This document shows, piece by piece, positions 1-9,136 of a DNA stretch of 64,000 nt. The stretch spans positions 2,528,001 through 2,592,000 of the forward strand of contig CAWIIB010000009.1 of NCBI GenBank assembly GCA_963836075.1. The letters run 5' to 3'. The notes under the pieces are model-generated. The model had not been told where the DNA came from. It made no database searches and was given only the letters and a program-made list of their open reading frames with translations. A program made the position numbers and the translations under genes. Position 1 is the stretch's first letter. Every line of letters starts with the position of its first letter. Source of the stretch: an uncultured Acidobacteriota bacterium (lineage in GTDB: Bacteria > Acidobacteriota > JAQAZP01).

Positions 1-311
1 GCTTCGAAGTAGGCGTCGGTGAAACTGTCCACAGCACCGCTGAACAGGAAGGGCAGTGCCCCGAGCAGCGCGGCGCCGATCCAGCCGAAGGCCACCAGGG
101 CCAGGGCGTCCCGGCGCGCGATCTCCCTTTTTATCTTGCGGAAGGAGAAGTAGAGCAGCCCCCCGGCGACCATTCCCACCAGCGCCGAAATCACGAACGC
201 CGGCCAGTCCGGCTCGTCGTAGGGCAGGCTCCAGGCCAACGGCAGCAACAGGGCCAGCCCGGTGACGAAGAAGAATTTGCCCAATGTTTTGCCGATCAGA
301 CGGTATTGCAC
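1..311 (-). CDS. trkH: Trk potassium uptake membrane subunit, N-terminal part (runs off the window start)
   Basis: Manual translation from GTG at 311 (GAGGA RBS upstream): MQYRLIGKTLGKFFFVTG...RRDALALVAFGWIGAALLGALPFLFSGAVDSFTDAYFEA. This is the typical TrkH GALPF/DAYFE motif, directly downstream of trkA. Confidence 0.9.
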   Translation of the reverse strand, partial: MQYRLIGKTLGKFFFVTGLALLLPLAWSLPYDEPDWPAFVISALVGMVAGGLLYFSFRKIKREIARRDALALVAFGWIGAALLGALPFLFSGAVDSFTDAYFE

Positions 312-344
312 GGTGTCCTCGCCGGCCGCGGGCTGGCCGGTCTG

Positions 345-1679
345 CTAGAAGATTCGCCGGATGTCAGGGATGTTTTCCGGGACGGTGAAGACCACCACCG
401 TGTCGCCGGCCTCGATGGTATCGTCGCCCCCGGGCACGATCACTCCATCCTTCTTGTTCATTGCGCCGATGATCGATCCCTTGGGCAGCCCGAGGTCCTT
501 CAGTTTGCGGCCCACGGCCCTGGCGTTGAGGTCGGCCAGGATCTCGAGAATTTCGGCCTTGCCGTCCTCGAGGATCTCCATCGAGATCAGCGAGCCGCGG
601 TGGAGGAACTGTTGAATGGCGCTGGCCGTAAGCAGCCGGGAGTTGAAGGCCATGTCGATGCCCAGGTCCTGGATCAGCTGCATGTAGTCCGAGCGATTGG
701 TGAGGCAGATGGTTTTTGCGGCACCCAGCCGCCGGGCCAGCAGGGAACTGACGATGTTGGTCTCGTATTCGTCGGAGACGGCGGCGAAGATGTCCATCCG
801 GCCCACGTGTTCCTCCTTGAGCAGAGCAACGTCCGTGCTGCTGCCGTGGAGCACGGTGATTTTCGAGGAGAGCACGGACGAGAGCTCCTCGCACCGCGAG
901 AGGTCATCCTCCAGCAGCCGGACGCTGATGTTCCGTTTCTCCAGCGTCTGGGCCAGCAGCATGCCGATCTGGCCCCCGCCGACGATGAAGACGTGCTTGG
1001 CCTCCTCCCGGGGGGCCGCGAAGAGCTTCAGAATCCTGTTTTCCTCTCCGGCGATGGCCACCACCCAGACCTGGTCGCCGGGGGCGAGCTCGTCGTCGCC
1101 GCCGGGGACGATCATCTCGTTCCCCCGGCGAATGCCGGTGACCAGGAATTCGGGAGTGGGGATGTTGCTCAGCCGCCGGTGCACCAGGGGGCACTCGCCG
1201 GTCACCGGGAAGTGGAGCAGCCGCACCTTGCCGTTGGCGAAGCTCTCCACCTCGGAGGAGCCGCGGGTGGAGATGGTGTTGGCGATCTTCATCGCGGTGA
1301 CGATTCGCGGGCTGATCACCAGGTCGATGCCCAGCAGGTCGCGGTAGAGCACCCGGGTCCCCCGGAGGTAGACTTCGTTGCGGATCCGGGCCACCGTGCG
1401 CTTGATCCCCACCTGCTTGGCGGTGAGCGCGGCGATCATGTTCACCTCGTCGCTGTCGGTGACCGCCATCAGCAGGTCGGTGCCCGAGGCCTTGAGCGTT
1501 TCGATGATCCGGGGGTCCGCCCCGTGACCCTGGATCGTCTGCACGTCCAGGCGGTCCGCGATGCGCCCCAGATTCTCGGCGTCGAGGTCGATGACAATCA
1601 CGTCCATCTTGCCGTCGTGCAGCCGTTCGGCGAGTGAAAACCCCACCATCCCGGCGCCGACGATTGCCGTTGTGGCCAT
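345..1679 (-). CDS. trkA: Trk potassium uptake NAD-binding subunit
   Basis: 444 aa with two RCK_N/RCK_C pairs and GxGxxG motifs (IVGAGMVG, IVGGGQIG). Confidence 0.95.
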   Translation of the reverse strand: MATTAIVGAGMVGFSLAERLHDGKMDVIVIDLDAENLGRIADRLDVQTIQGHGADPRIIETLKASGTDLLMAVTDSDEVNMIAALTAKQVGIKRTVARIRNEVYLRGTRVLYRDLLGIDLVISPRIVTAMKIANTISTRGSSEVESFANGKVRLLHFPVTGECPLVHRRLSNIPTPEFLVTGIRRGNEMIVPGGDDELAPGDQVWVVAIAGEENRILKLFAAPREEAKHVFIVGGGQIGMLLAQTLEKRNISVRLLEDDLSRCEELSSVLSSKITVLHGSSTDVALLKEEHVGRMDIFAAVSDEYETNIVSSLLARRLGAAKTICLTNRSDYMQLIQDLGIDMAFNSRLLTASAIQQFLHRGSLISMEILEDGKAEILEILADLNARAVGRKLKDLGLPKGSIIGAMNKKDGVIVPGGDDTIEAGDTVVVFTVPENIPDIRRIF

Positions 1680-1783
1680 CGGTCGCTCCCAGGTATTTCG
1701 GGCTGGCTGCCCGAGTGCGGCGCTACTATACTACGGAGAACGTCGGGTGGGAACCAGCTGCGGTGAAGCCGGCAAGAGGGGCT

Positions 1784-3856
1784 TCATTTTTTTCTGCGGA
1801 AGACCTCGGGGCCGTAAATCTGGCGCCGCCGGTCCGGCCACTGGTCGGCCAGGTCGCCGGCTTCGGGTTTGGCGTAATAGATCCCCCGGCGTTCGATGCG
1901 CTCATTGGAAAGCGCCCCGCAGCCCGGACAGGGCTGGTCCTCACCGGTGGCCCGGTGGCAGTCGGCGCAGTAGCTGAAGCGGGGAGAGAAGGCCAGCTGC
2001 GAACAGAGGGTGTCGCTGAACACCCGGCGGATGAAACGGACGGCATCGGCGGCGGCCGGGGTGTCTCCGCCCAGCGGCACCTCGAAGAGGGCGCCGCCCG
2101 GGAGGAAGGGATGGAACTCGCTCTCCAGGGCCAGGCGCCGGGAGAGGTCGATGCCGGCCTGGCCGGAGACGCGAACCGAACGGGTGTAGTGCACCTCGTC
2201 GGCGGACAACTCACCCTTGACCACGTGGCCCGACTGCGGTGAGTGGTAGCGCAGGTCCTTGCGGGCAAAGCGGCTGGGGGCCAGCCGGCTGAAGCTTTCC
2301 GCGGGGTGGAAGACCACCCGGTGGCGGGCCGACATCTCGCGGCAGTACCCGGCGATATGACGCAGTAGCTGCAGGGCGCGGCTGTGGGCCTTGCGCCCCC
2401 GGTGCAGTTCGTGACCGGTGTGGATCTGCACCATCTCGTTCAGACCGCTCAGACCGATGAGGTGGCTGGTTCGGTCGAGGTCCAGCAGCGGGGCGCCGTC
2501 CCGGCGCAGCAGCAGCAGCGACAGCGGTGCGCTCTTGCCGTAGGCCAGCAGTTTTTCAAGAAAGATCCGTTTCTCCAGGTGGGCCGTGGCACAGAGTTCC
2601 AGGACCTCCTCCAGGCAGGCCCGCAGCTGGTCGTCGCTCCCCGCGGCGCGGTAGGCCAGGCGGGGCAGGTTGACGGTGATCGCCTGCAGCGAGTGGCAGC
2701 GCCGGGTCCAGGTGTGGGTACCGTCGCCGGTCTCCCAGGGTCCGAGATCGGTGACCTGCATCCCCGAGCCCCGGTCGAAGAGGAAGAGCGGGGTTCCCTG
2801 ACGAACAGCCAGTTCGGCAGCCTGGCGGAGAAAGCCGCCGCTGCCCGGTTCCCGGGTGAAGGTGCCGTCGAGACGGATCACCGGGGTGGGGTAGAAGAAG
2901 GGGCTGCCGTCGCCGTCCCCGGCGGCCATCACCTCCAGCAGTGCCCGGGCAAAGGCCTTGGACTCCTGGTTGTAGTCACCGTAGGTCCTGCCCGTTTCCT
3001 GACCTGCCGGCCCCAGGGCGGGGATCTTGCGCAACGCCCGGGGAATTCCCCAGTAGAGGTGCAGGTCGCAGAAGATCGGCCGGTTGTCGCGGGCCGCGGA
3101 GAGCTGGGAAAACTCGTAGACCAGGAACTGGGCCAGCTGGGTCACCTGAGCGGCGGAGAGCCCGCGGAGGAACGGCGCAAGGTAGACGTTGAGCAGGTCC
3201 CAGGAAATGCTGTTGGAAAAGTGCCCCTGGAGAAAGGCTGAAAAGCGGGCCAGGTGGGCCAGCAGCACTTCGGGCTGCCGGGCCGGCCTGGCGTTGGACA
3301 GCGTTCCGGGGAGGCTCAACCCGAATTTCTTGATGTATTCCGGAGAGACGAGGGAGGAGTGCGGGCGGTCCACCTGGCCCAGGTGCTCGAGGTGGATATC
3401 CCCCCGCCTGTGGGCCTCCGCCACCCGGTCGGAGAAGAGCGAGAGCAGGGCGTAATCCCGCTTGATCGATTCGGCCAGCGCGCGGTTGGTGGCTTCGGGG
3501 CCCAGCAATGCGGGCGCGGAGGACGGGCCGCCGCGGGTGATCAGGTTCTCGGTGTCGAACACCGGCAGCCCGATCCGGGTATGGCGGGCGTGCTGCTGTT
3601 GGAACCCGCGTTCGATCAGCTTGATGTCCACCAGTTCACGGATCAGGTTGGTGGAGATCTGGTGCAGGCCGGTGCCGCTGATGGTCTCCTGGATCTCCCT
3701 GCTGATCTCCACCGCCACCGCCCGCGGCAGGTCGGTTTCCCGCAGCAGGGCATTGACGATCCGCTGGCGGTTCCAGCGGATCAGGTCCTCGTCGGAGGTC
3801 TGGACGAAGAGGCCGCTGCCGCGGCCCGGCGGTTCGCTTTTGTCACGCGTGGCCAT
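1784..3856 (-). CDS. nrdD: Class III (anaerobic) ribonucleotide reductase NrdD-like protein, catalytic residues apparently degenerate
   Basis: N-terminal ATP-cone-like region, AEAHRRGDIHLEHL, TVNLPRLAY and IGLSGLNEMVQ motifs, and a C-terminal CxxC...CxxC zinc site. The glycyl-radical motif reads RRGIY. Confidence 0.8.
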   Translation of the reverse strand: MATRDKSEPPGRGSGLFVQTSDEDLIRWNRQRIVNALLRETDLPRAVAVEISREIQETISGTGLHQISTNLIRELVDIKLIERGFQQQHARHTRIGLPVFDTENLITRGGPSSAPALLGPEATNRALAESIKRDYALLSLFSDRVAEAHRRGDIHLEHLGQVDRPHSSLVSPEYIKKFGLSLPGTLSNARPARQPEVLLAHLARFSAFLQGHFSNSISWDLLNVYLAPFLRGLSAAQVTQLAQFLVYEFSQLSAARDNRPIFCDLHLYWGIPRALRKIPALGPAGQETGRTYGDYNQESKAFARALLEVMAAGDGDGSPFFYPTPVIRLDGTFTREPGSGGFLRQAAELAVRQGTPLFLFDRGSGMQVTDLGPWETGDGTHTWTRRCHSLQAITVNLPRLAYRAAGSDDQLRACLEEVLELCATAHLEKRIFLEKLLAYGKSAPLSLLLLRRDGAPLLDLDRTSHLIGLSGLNEMVQIHTGHELHRGRKAHSRALQLLRHIAGYCREMSARHRVVFHPAESFSRLAPSRFARKDLRYHSPQSGHVVKGELSADEVHYTRSVRVSGQAGIDLSRRLALESEFHPFLPGGALFEVPLGGDTPAAADAVRFIRRVFSDTLCSQLAFSPRFSYCADCHRATGEDQPCPGCGALSNERIERRGIYYAKPEAGDLADQWPDRRRQIYGPEVFRRKK

Positions 3857-3895
3857 GGTTTCATACCTTAAAGCGGTAAGATTACGGTGAGCGGT

Positions 3896-4144
3896 TCAGT
3901 TCTGCCGGTTCCGGCCGGCGGCGGCAAGCTGGAACACCTCGATGCCACCGAAGACGATCAGCACCAGCCCCAGTCCGGTAACCGCTCCCCGGAAGCAGTT
4001 GTGGAGCACCAGCCCCTGGATGGCGGGGAAGTGCGCCAGCAGGCCATTCCGTTCCCAGAATACCGACCAGGGGCTGAACACCAGCAGGATCCCCACCTCG
4101 AAATCGAGCAGGATCAGCAACAGTGATGCGAGTTTCAGTTTCAC
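3896..4144 (-). CDS. Small hypothetical membrane protein (two hydrophobic segments)
   Basis: 82 aa ORF with two hydrophobic stretches, co-oriented with and just upstream of the nrdD-like gene. Confidence 0.65.
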   Translation of the reverse strand: MKLKLASLLLILLDFEVGILLVFSPWSVFWERNGLLAHFPAIQGLVLHNCFRGAVTGLGLVLIVFGGIEVFQLAAAGRNRQN

Positions 4145-4277
4145 GGCGGTTGGTCCCGTCCTGCTCTATTCGGCGTGTTGCTGCTCAAAAGCGGGGCGCG
4201 TGCGATTTCAGGGTCAGCCGGTCACCGTCGATGATAGTGTTTCCACCACCGCGGGTTCAACCCCGGCCGTCGCGCTG

Positions 4278-4286
4278 TGCTAAAAT
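4278..4286 (+). promoter_or_regulatory. Putative extended -10 promoter of the folD operon
   Basis: TG-c-TAAAAT about 33 nt upstream of the folD ATG. Confidence 0.45.
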
Positions 4287-4318
4287 GCCTCTTTTTATTG
4301 AACGGACAGGGGGGACAC

Positions 4319-5249
4319 ATGACGGCAGAGATCCTGAATGGCAAGCTGATCGCCGGCGAGATCCGCGAGGAGGTCCGGGCGGAGGTGGACCGGCTGCGGA
4401 AAGCCGGCGGCACTGTTCCCGGCCTGGGGGTGGTGCTGGTGGGCGACGATCCGGCCTCGGCGATCTATGTCCGCAACAAGGAGCAGGCCTGTGCCGAGGC
4501 GGGCATCCACTCCGAGACCCTGCGCCTGCCCGCCGACGCCGCGGAGCAGGCGGTGCTTGACGCGGTGCTGGACTTCTCCAACCGGAGAAGCGACATCCAC
4601 GGCATTCTGGTCCAGTTGCCCCTGCCCGCCGGGATGAACCCCGACCGGGTAATCGGGGCCATCGACCCGGACAAGGACGTGGACGGTTTCCACCCGGTGA
4701 ACGTGGGCAATCTCTGTCTGGGGCGCGAGGGGTTCATCCCCTGCACGCCGGCGGGGATCATGGAACTCCTGCGGCGCTGCGGCATTGCGGTGGAGGGGCG
4801 TCGCGCGGTGGTACTGGGCCGTTCCAACATCGTCGGCCGCCCCATGGCCCTCCTGCTCCAGCACGCCAATGCCACGGTGACCGTCTGCCATTCCCGCACC
4901 GTTGACCTGCCTGCCGTGGCCGCCGAGGCGGACATTCTGGTGGCCGCCCTGGGCCGGCCGGCGATGATCACCGGCGAATTCATCAAGCCCGGGGCGGTGG
5001 TGATCGACGTGGGGATCAACCGTATCGAGGACCCCGAACTGGCCCGGGACTGCTTCAGCCACAAACCGAAACGGCTGGCCGCCTTCCAGCGCAAGGGCCA
5101 CACCCTGGTGGGCGACGTACATCCGCTTCACGCCGCCGAACGGGCCGGTGCCTGGACGCCGGTGCCCGGCGGAGTGGGGCCGCTGACCATCGCCATGCTG
5201 CTGCACAGGTACGCTGCGGGCGATGAGGCGGCAGACCAACCGGGACTGA
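4319..5249 (+). CDS. folD: Bifunctional methylenetetrahydrofolate dehydrogenase/cyclohydrolase (apparent +1 frameshift at about 5208, probably an artefact)
   Basis: YVRNK, GILVQLPLP, KDVDGFHP, PCTP, GRSNIVG and TPVPGGVGPLTIAML motifs. Deleting one G at 5208-5209 gives ...LLHSTLRAMRRQTNRD with a stop at 5247-5249, just before coaE. Confidence 0.93.
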
Positions 5250-5270
5250 TCCCGGCCGGAGGAGGGGAGG

Positions 5271-5900
5271 ATGCTCACCGTAGGCCTCACCGGCGGCATC
5301 GGCAGCGGCAAGTCCGAGGTGGCCGCCGTCCTGCAGGATCTGGGCTGTCAGCTGTTCCACGCCGACCGGATTGCCCACGACCTGCTGTCGCCGGGGACCG
5401 ATCTCCTGCGCCGGGTCACCGATCTTTTCGGTAGAGAGATTCTCAGGGACGACGGGGAACTCGATCGCCAGACCCTGGGGCACCTGGTATTTAACGATGC
5501 CGGTAAACTGCGCCTGCTCAACCGCGAGGTCCACCCGGCGGTTATTGCCGAAGAGGAACGCCTGCTGCGGGACCTGGAGCGGGAGGCCGCGGGAGGCCCC
5601 TGCATCGCCGTGGTGGAGGCGGCGCTGATGGTCGAGGCCGGGACCCACTCCCGCTACCAGCGGCTGGTGGTGGTCCACTGCACGGTGGAGCAGCAGTTGG
5701 AACGGCTGACCGCGGCCCGGGGGCTGAGCCGGGAGGAGGCGGAACAGCGGATCGCCAACCAGTTGCCCAGCCGGCGAAAACTGGACCTGGCCCACTACAC
5801 CATCGACAGTTCAGGCCGTCTGGACGAAACCCGGCAACGGGCCAAAGAGCTTTTTCGTTGCCTGGCCCGTGACGAACGTGAACAGCGGGAAGGGCACTGA
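5271..5900 (+). CDS. coaE: Dephospho-CoA kinase
   Basis: VGLTGGIGSGKS P-loop, ADRIAH and LDRQTLG...VF motifs. Confidence 0.95.
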   Translation: MLTVGLTGGIGSGKSEVAAVLQDLGCQLFHADRIAHDLLSPGTDLLRRVTDLFGREILRDDGELDRQTLGHLVFNDAGKLRLLNREVHPAVIAEEERLLRDLEREAAGGPCIAVVEAALMVEAGTHSRYQRLVVVHCTVEQQLERLTAARGLSREEAEQRIANQLPSRRKLDLAHYTIDSSGRLDETRQRAKELFRCLARDEREQREGH

Positions 5901-5903
5901 GAT

Positions 5904-7004
5904 ATGTTCAGCTTCACCGTAACGGCAACGGATGGCCCCGCCCGGACCGGCGTGCTGGAGACGGCCCACGGCCGGATCGAAACCCCGGCGTTCTTTCCGG
6001 TGGGGACCCGGGCGGCGGTCAAGGGCCTCCCCTGGTCCATGGTCCGCGACCTGGGGGCCCAGGCAGTGCTCAACAACACCTACCACCTCTACCTGCGCCC
6101 GGGAAGCGACCTGATCCAGCGTCTCGGCGGTCTGCACCGCTTTTCCGGCTGGGACCGGCCCATTGTCACCGACAGCGGGGGATACCAGGTCTTCAGTCTG
6201 GCCCGGCTGCGCAAGATCAGCGAGGAGGGGATCACCTTCCAGTCGCACATCGACGGGTCGAAGCACCTGCTGACCCCCGAGCGGGTGATGGATATCCAGC
6301 AGGAACTGGGGGCGGACATCATCCTCACCCTTGACGAGTGCATCCCCTACCCCTCCACCGCCGAGTACACCCGCCAGGCTACCGAGTTGACCACCCGTTG
6401 GGCGGCCCGCTGCCGGGTCGGGTTCTCCGACACCCCGCAGCAGACCCTCTTCGCCATCGTCCAGGGCGGGATGTACCCCGAGATGCGCACCTGGAGCGCC
6501 CGGTCGCTGGTGGACATCGGGTTTGCCGGCTATGCGGTAGGCGGGCTCAGCGTGGGTGAGCCCAAGTCGCTGATGGCCGAGATGGTGGAGGTTTCGGTGG
6601 CCGCGCTCCCCGTTGGCGCTCCGCGGCACCTGATGGGAGTGGGGTCGCCAGCGGACATCCTGGAGGGGGTAGGCCGGGGCATCGACTATTTCGACTGCGC
6701 CTTTCCCACCCGCAACGCCAGGAACGGATCTCTCTACACCTCCCGGGGCAAGATCAACATCAAGAATGAGCGGTGGAAGGACGACCAGCAGCCGGTCGAT
6801 CCGGAGTGCGGATGCCCCACCTGCCGCCAGTACACCCGGGCCTATCTCCGCCACCTGTACATTGCCGGGGAGATCGGCGCCGCCGTTCTGAACACCGTTC
6901 ACAACCTGGCCTTCTATCTTGACATGATGCGGAAAATAAGGCACTCTATCGCCTCTTGTGAGTTCGCGACGATGAAGACGGAGTTGCTGTCCCGGCTATC
7001 CTGA
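5904..7004 (+). CDS. tgt: tRNA-guanine transglycosylase
   Basis: NTYHLYLRPG, TDSGGYQ and FDCAFPTRNARNG motifs, CGCPTC zinc site, tgt-yajC-secDF synteny. Confidence 0.96.
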   Translation: MFSFTVTATDGPARTGVLETAHGRIETPAFFPVGTRAAVKGLPWSMVRDLGAQAVLNNTYHLYLRPGSDLIQRLGGLHRFSGWDRPIVTDSGGYQVFSLARLRKISEEGITFQSHIDGSKHLLTPERVMDIQQELGADIILTLDECIPYPSTAEYTRQATELTTRWAARCRVGFSDTPQQTLFAIVQGGMYPEMRTWSARSLVDIGFAGYAVGGLSVGEPKSLMAEMVEVSVAALPVGAPRHLMGVGSPADILEGVGRGIDYFDCAFPTRNARNGSLYTSRGKINIKNERWKDDQQPVDPECGCPTCRQYTRAYLRHLYIAGEIGAAVLNTVHNLAFYLDMMRKIRHSIASCEFATMKTELLSRLS

Positions 7005-7056
7005 ACAGGTTGTTTGGTTTACAGGCGACAGGGCGTCCGGGAATGGGAGGTGTGTT

Positions 7057-7389
7057 GTGCAGTACGCCAGCTGGTTGACCGTGGCGCTGATGGCGGACGG
7101 TGAAGGTCAGTCCGGAGGCCTGATGGGCCTCTTCCCGCTGCTGGTCATTTTCGCGCTCTTCTATTTCATTCTCATCGCCCCCATGCGCAAGAAGCAGAAG
7201 GCCTTGACGCGGATGATCAGCGAGCTGAAAAACGGCGACAAGGTGATCACCAACGGCGGTATCCACGGCACCGTGATGGGTGTCGGTGAACAGGTGATCC
7301 AGCTGCGCGTGGCGGACCAGGTGAAAATCGAAATTTCCAAGAGCGCCGTGGCCGGCATGCAGGCCGAACCCGGGGAGGAAAAGAGCTGA
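7057..7389 (+). CDS. yajC: Preprotein translocase subunit YajC
   Basis: FYFILIAPMRKKQK and LKNGDKVITNGGIHG motifs. Confidence 0.95.
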   Translation: MQYASWLTVALMADGEGQSGGLMGLFPLLVIFALFYFILIAPMRKKQKALTRMISELKNGDKVITNGGIHGTVMGVGEQVIQLRVADQVKIEISKSAVAGMQAEPGEEKS

Positions 7390-7533
7390 ACGGTTTCGGG
7401 GCCCCGGCGTCCGGCCTCGTCCAGATACCCTCCGGAACCCCGCCCCAACCCTCCCCATTTCCGGCATCCGGAAGCGATTCCGGCCGCCGGTATTCTTCTC
7501 GACTTTGGATGACACAGGCGAGGATGTAAAGCG

Positions 7534-9105
7534 ATGCAAAAGGAGTTGCGCTGGAAGGTTCTGCTTGTAGTGGTGTTGACGGCCATTTTCGCCTGGTTCA
7601 TTTATCCACCGGAAACCCAGATCCGGCGGGGCCTTGACCTGGAAGGCGGAATCCACCTTGTGCTGCGGGTCAAGGTGGCCGATGCGGTGCGGGCCGAAAT
7701 CAGCGATGCCGCACAGCGGATGAAGGACCGGTTACGTGAGGAGAAGATCCGTTTCCGGCGGGTGGCGCCGGTGGAAGGCGAGAACGCCTTCCAGGTGATG
7801 GGCATCCCCGCCGATCGGCAGGGTGATGTGCAGGAGATCGCCGACGGCTGGTTCACCCGTTTTGAAAGCTCCCAGGGCGACCCCTGGATGTTTGTCCTGC
7901 GCGACGGCGCGGTGCGCGAGTTCGAGGAACTGGCCATCCAGCAGTCCAAGGAGACCATTGAGAACCGGATCAACCAGTACGGCCTCAGCGAACCGGTGGT
8001 CCAGGTCCAGGGCGGCAACCGGATTCTGGTCCAGATCCCCGGCGTGGACGACCCCTCGCGGGTGAAGAACCTGGTCCAGCAGGCGGCCTTCCTCGAACTG
8101 CGCAAGGTGGAGGGACAGAGCGCCGGCAGCGAGGACGCGCTGCGCCAGCAGTTTGGCGGCAGCTTCCCGCCGGACTCCGAAACGGTGACCGAAGAGGAAC
8201 TGGACCGCGAGACCGGAAACAAGTACATCCGCTACTACCGGGTGGAAAAGTCCCCGATCATCACCGGCCGCGACCTGCGCAACGCCCGCACCGGACAGGA
8301 TGACAAGGGGCTGCCCGCGGTCCTCTTCTACCTCAAGCCAGACGGGTCCCGCCGGTTCGAACGGGCGACCAAGGAGATCATCGATTCCGGCCAGCGCCAG
8401 CAGATCGCCATCATCCTCGACGGGCAGGTGAAGTCGGCCCCGGTGGTGAACAGCGTGATCAGCGGCAACGGGATCATCGAGGGCAGCTTCACCCAGCAGG
8501 AGGCCCAGGACCTGGCCCTGGTCCTGCGCGCCGGCGCCCTGCCGGCCGGCATGGAGCCGCTGGAGGAGCGGACCGTGGGTCCCTCCCTGGGCATCGACTC
8601 CATCCGCCAGGGCATCATGGCCGCTCTGATCGGCCTGGCCCTGGTGATCATCTTCATGGTGGTCTACTACAACCTGTCCGGGCTCAATGCCGTGGTGGCC
8701 CTGCTGCTCAACATCCTGCTGGTGATCGGGGCGATGGCCATGCTCAAGGCCCACCTGACCCTGCCGGGCATCGCGGGGATCATTCTCACCATCGGTATGG
8801 CGGTTGATGCCAACGTGCTGATCTTCGAGAGGATTCGCGAGGAACTGCGGCTGGGCAAGACCGCCCGCTCGGCCATCACCGGGGGGTTCGGCAAGGCCTT
8901 CTGGACCATTTTCGACGCCAACATCACCACCTTGATCGCGGCGGTCTTCCTGTTCCAGTTCGGCACCGGCCCGATCAAGGGGTTTGCCATCACCCTCAGC
9001 ATCGGCATCCTGGCCAGTATGTTCACGGCAATATTCGTCTCGCGGATCATCTTCGAGCTGATCCTCGGGCGTTCGGGCGGCCGCACACAGAAACTCAGTA
9101 TCTGA
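7534..9105 (+). CDS. secD: Protein translocase subunit SecD
   Basis: GLDLEGG, LRAGALPA and GMAVDANVLIFERIREE motifs. Confidence 0.97.
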   Translation: MQKELRWKVLLVVVLTAIFAWFIYPPETQIRRGLDLEGGIHLVLRVKVADAVRAEISDAAQRMKDRLREEKIRFRRVAPVEGENAFQVMGIPADRQGDVQEIADGWFTRFESSQGDPWMFVLRDGAVREFEELAIQQSKETIENRINQYGLSEPVVQVQGGNRILVQIPGVDDPSRVKNLVQQAAFLELRKVEGQSAGSEDALRQQFGGSFPPDSETVTEEELDRETGNKYIRYYRVEKSPIITGRDLRNARTGQDDKGLPAVLFYLKPDGSRRFERATKEIIDSGQRQQIAIILDGQVKSAPVVNSVISGNGIIEGSFTQQEAQDLALVLRAGALPAGMEPLEERTVGPSLGIDSIRQGIMAALIGLALVIIFMVVYYNLSGLNAVVALLLNILLVIGAMAMLKAHLTLPGIAGIILTIGMAVDANVLIFERIREELRLGKTARSAITGGFGKAFWTIFDANITTLIAAVFLFQFGTGPIKGFAITLSIGILASMFTAIFVSRIIFELILGRSGGRTQKLSI

Positions 9106-9136
9106 CGGGCTCCTCACCGGAGGGAGATCAAGTTCC

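Noticed and set aside
4244-4275. GCGGGTTCAACCCCGG resembling a tRNA T-arm
   Set aside because: No cloverleaf, D-arm or CCA end can be built around it.
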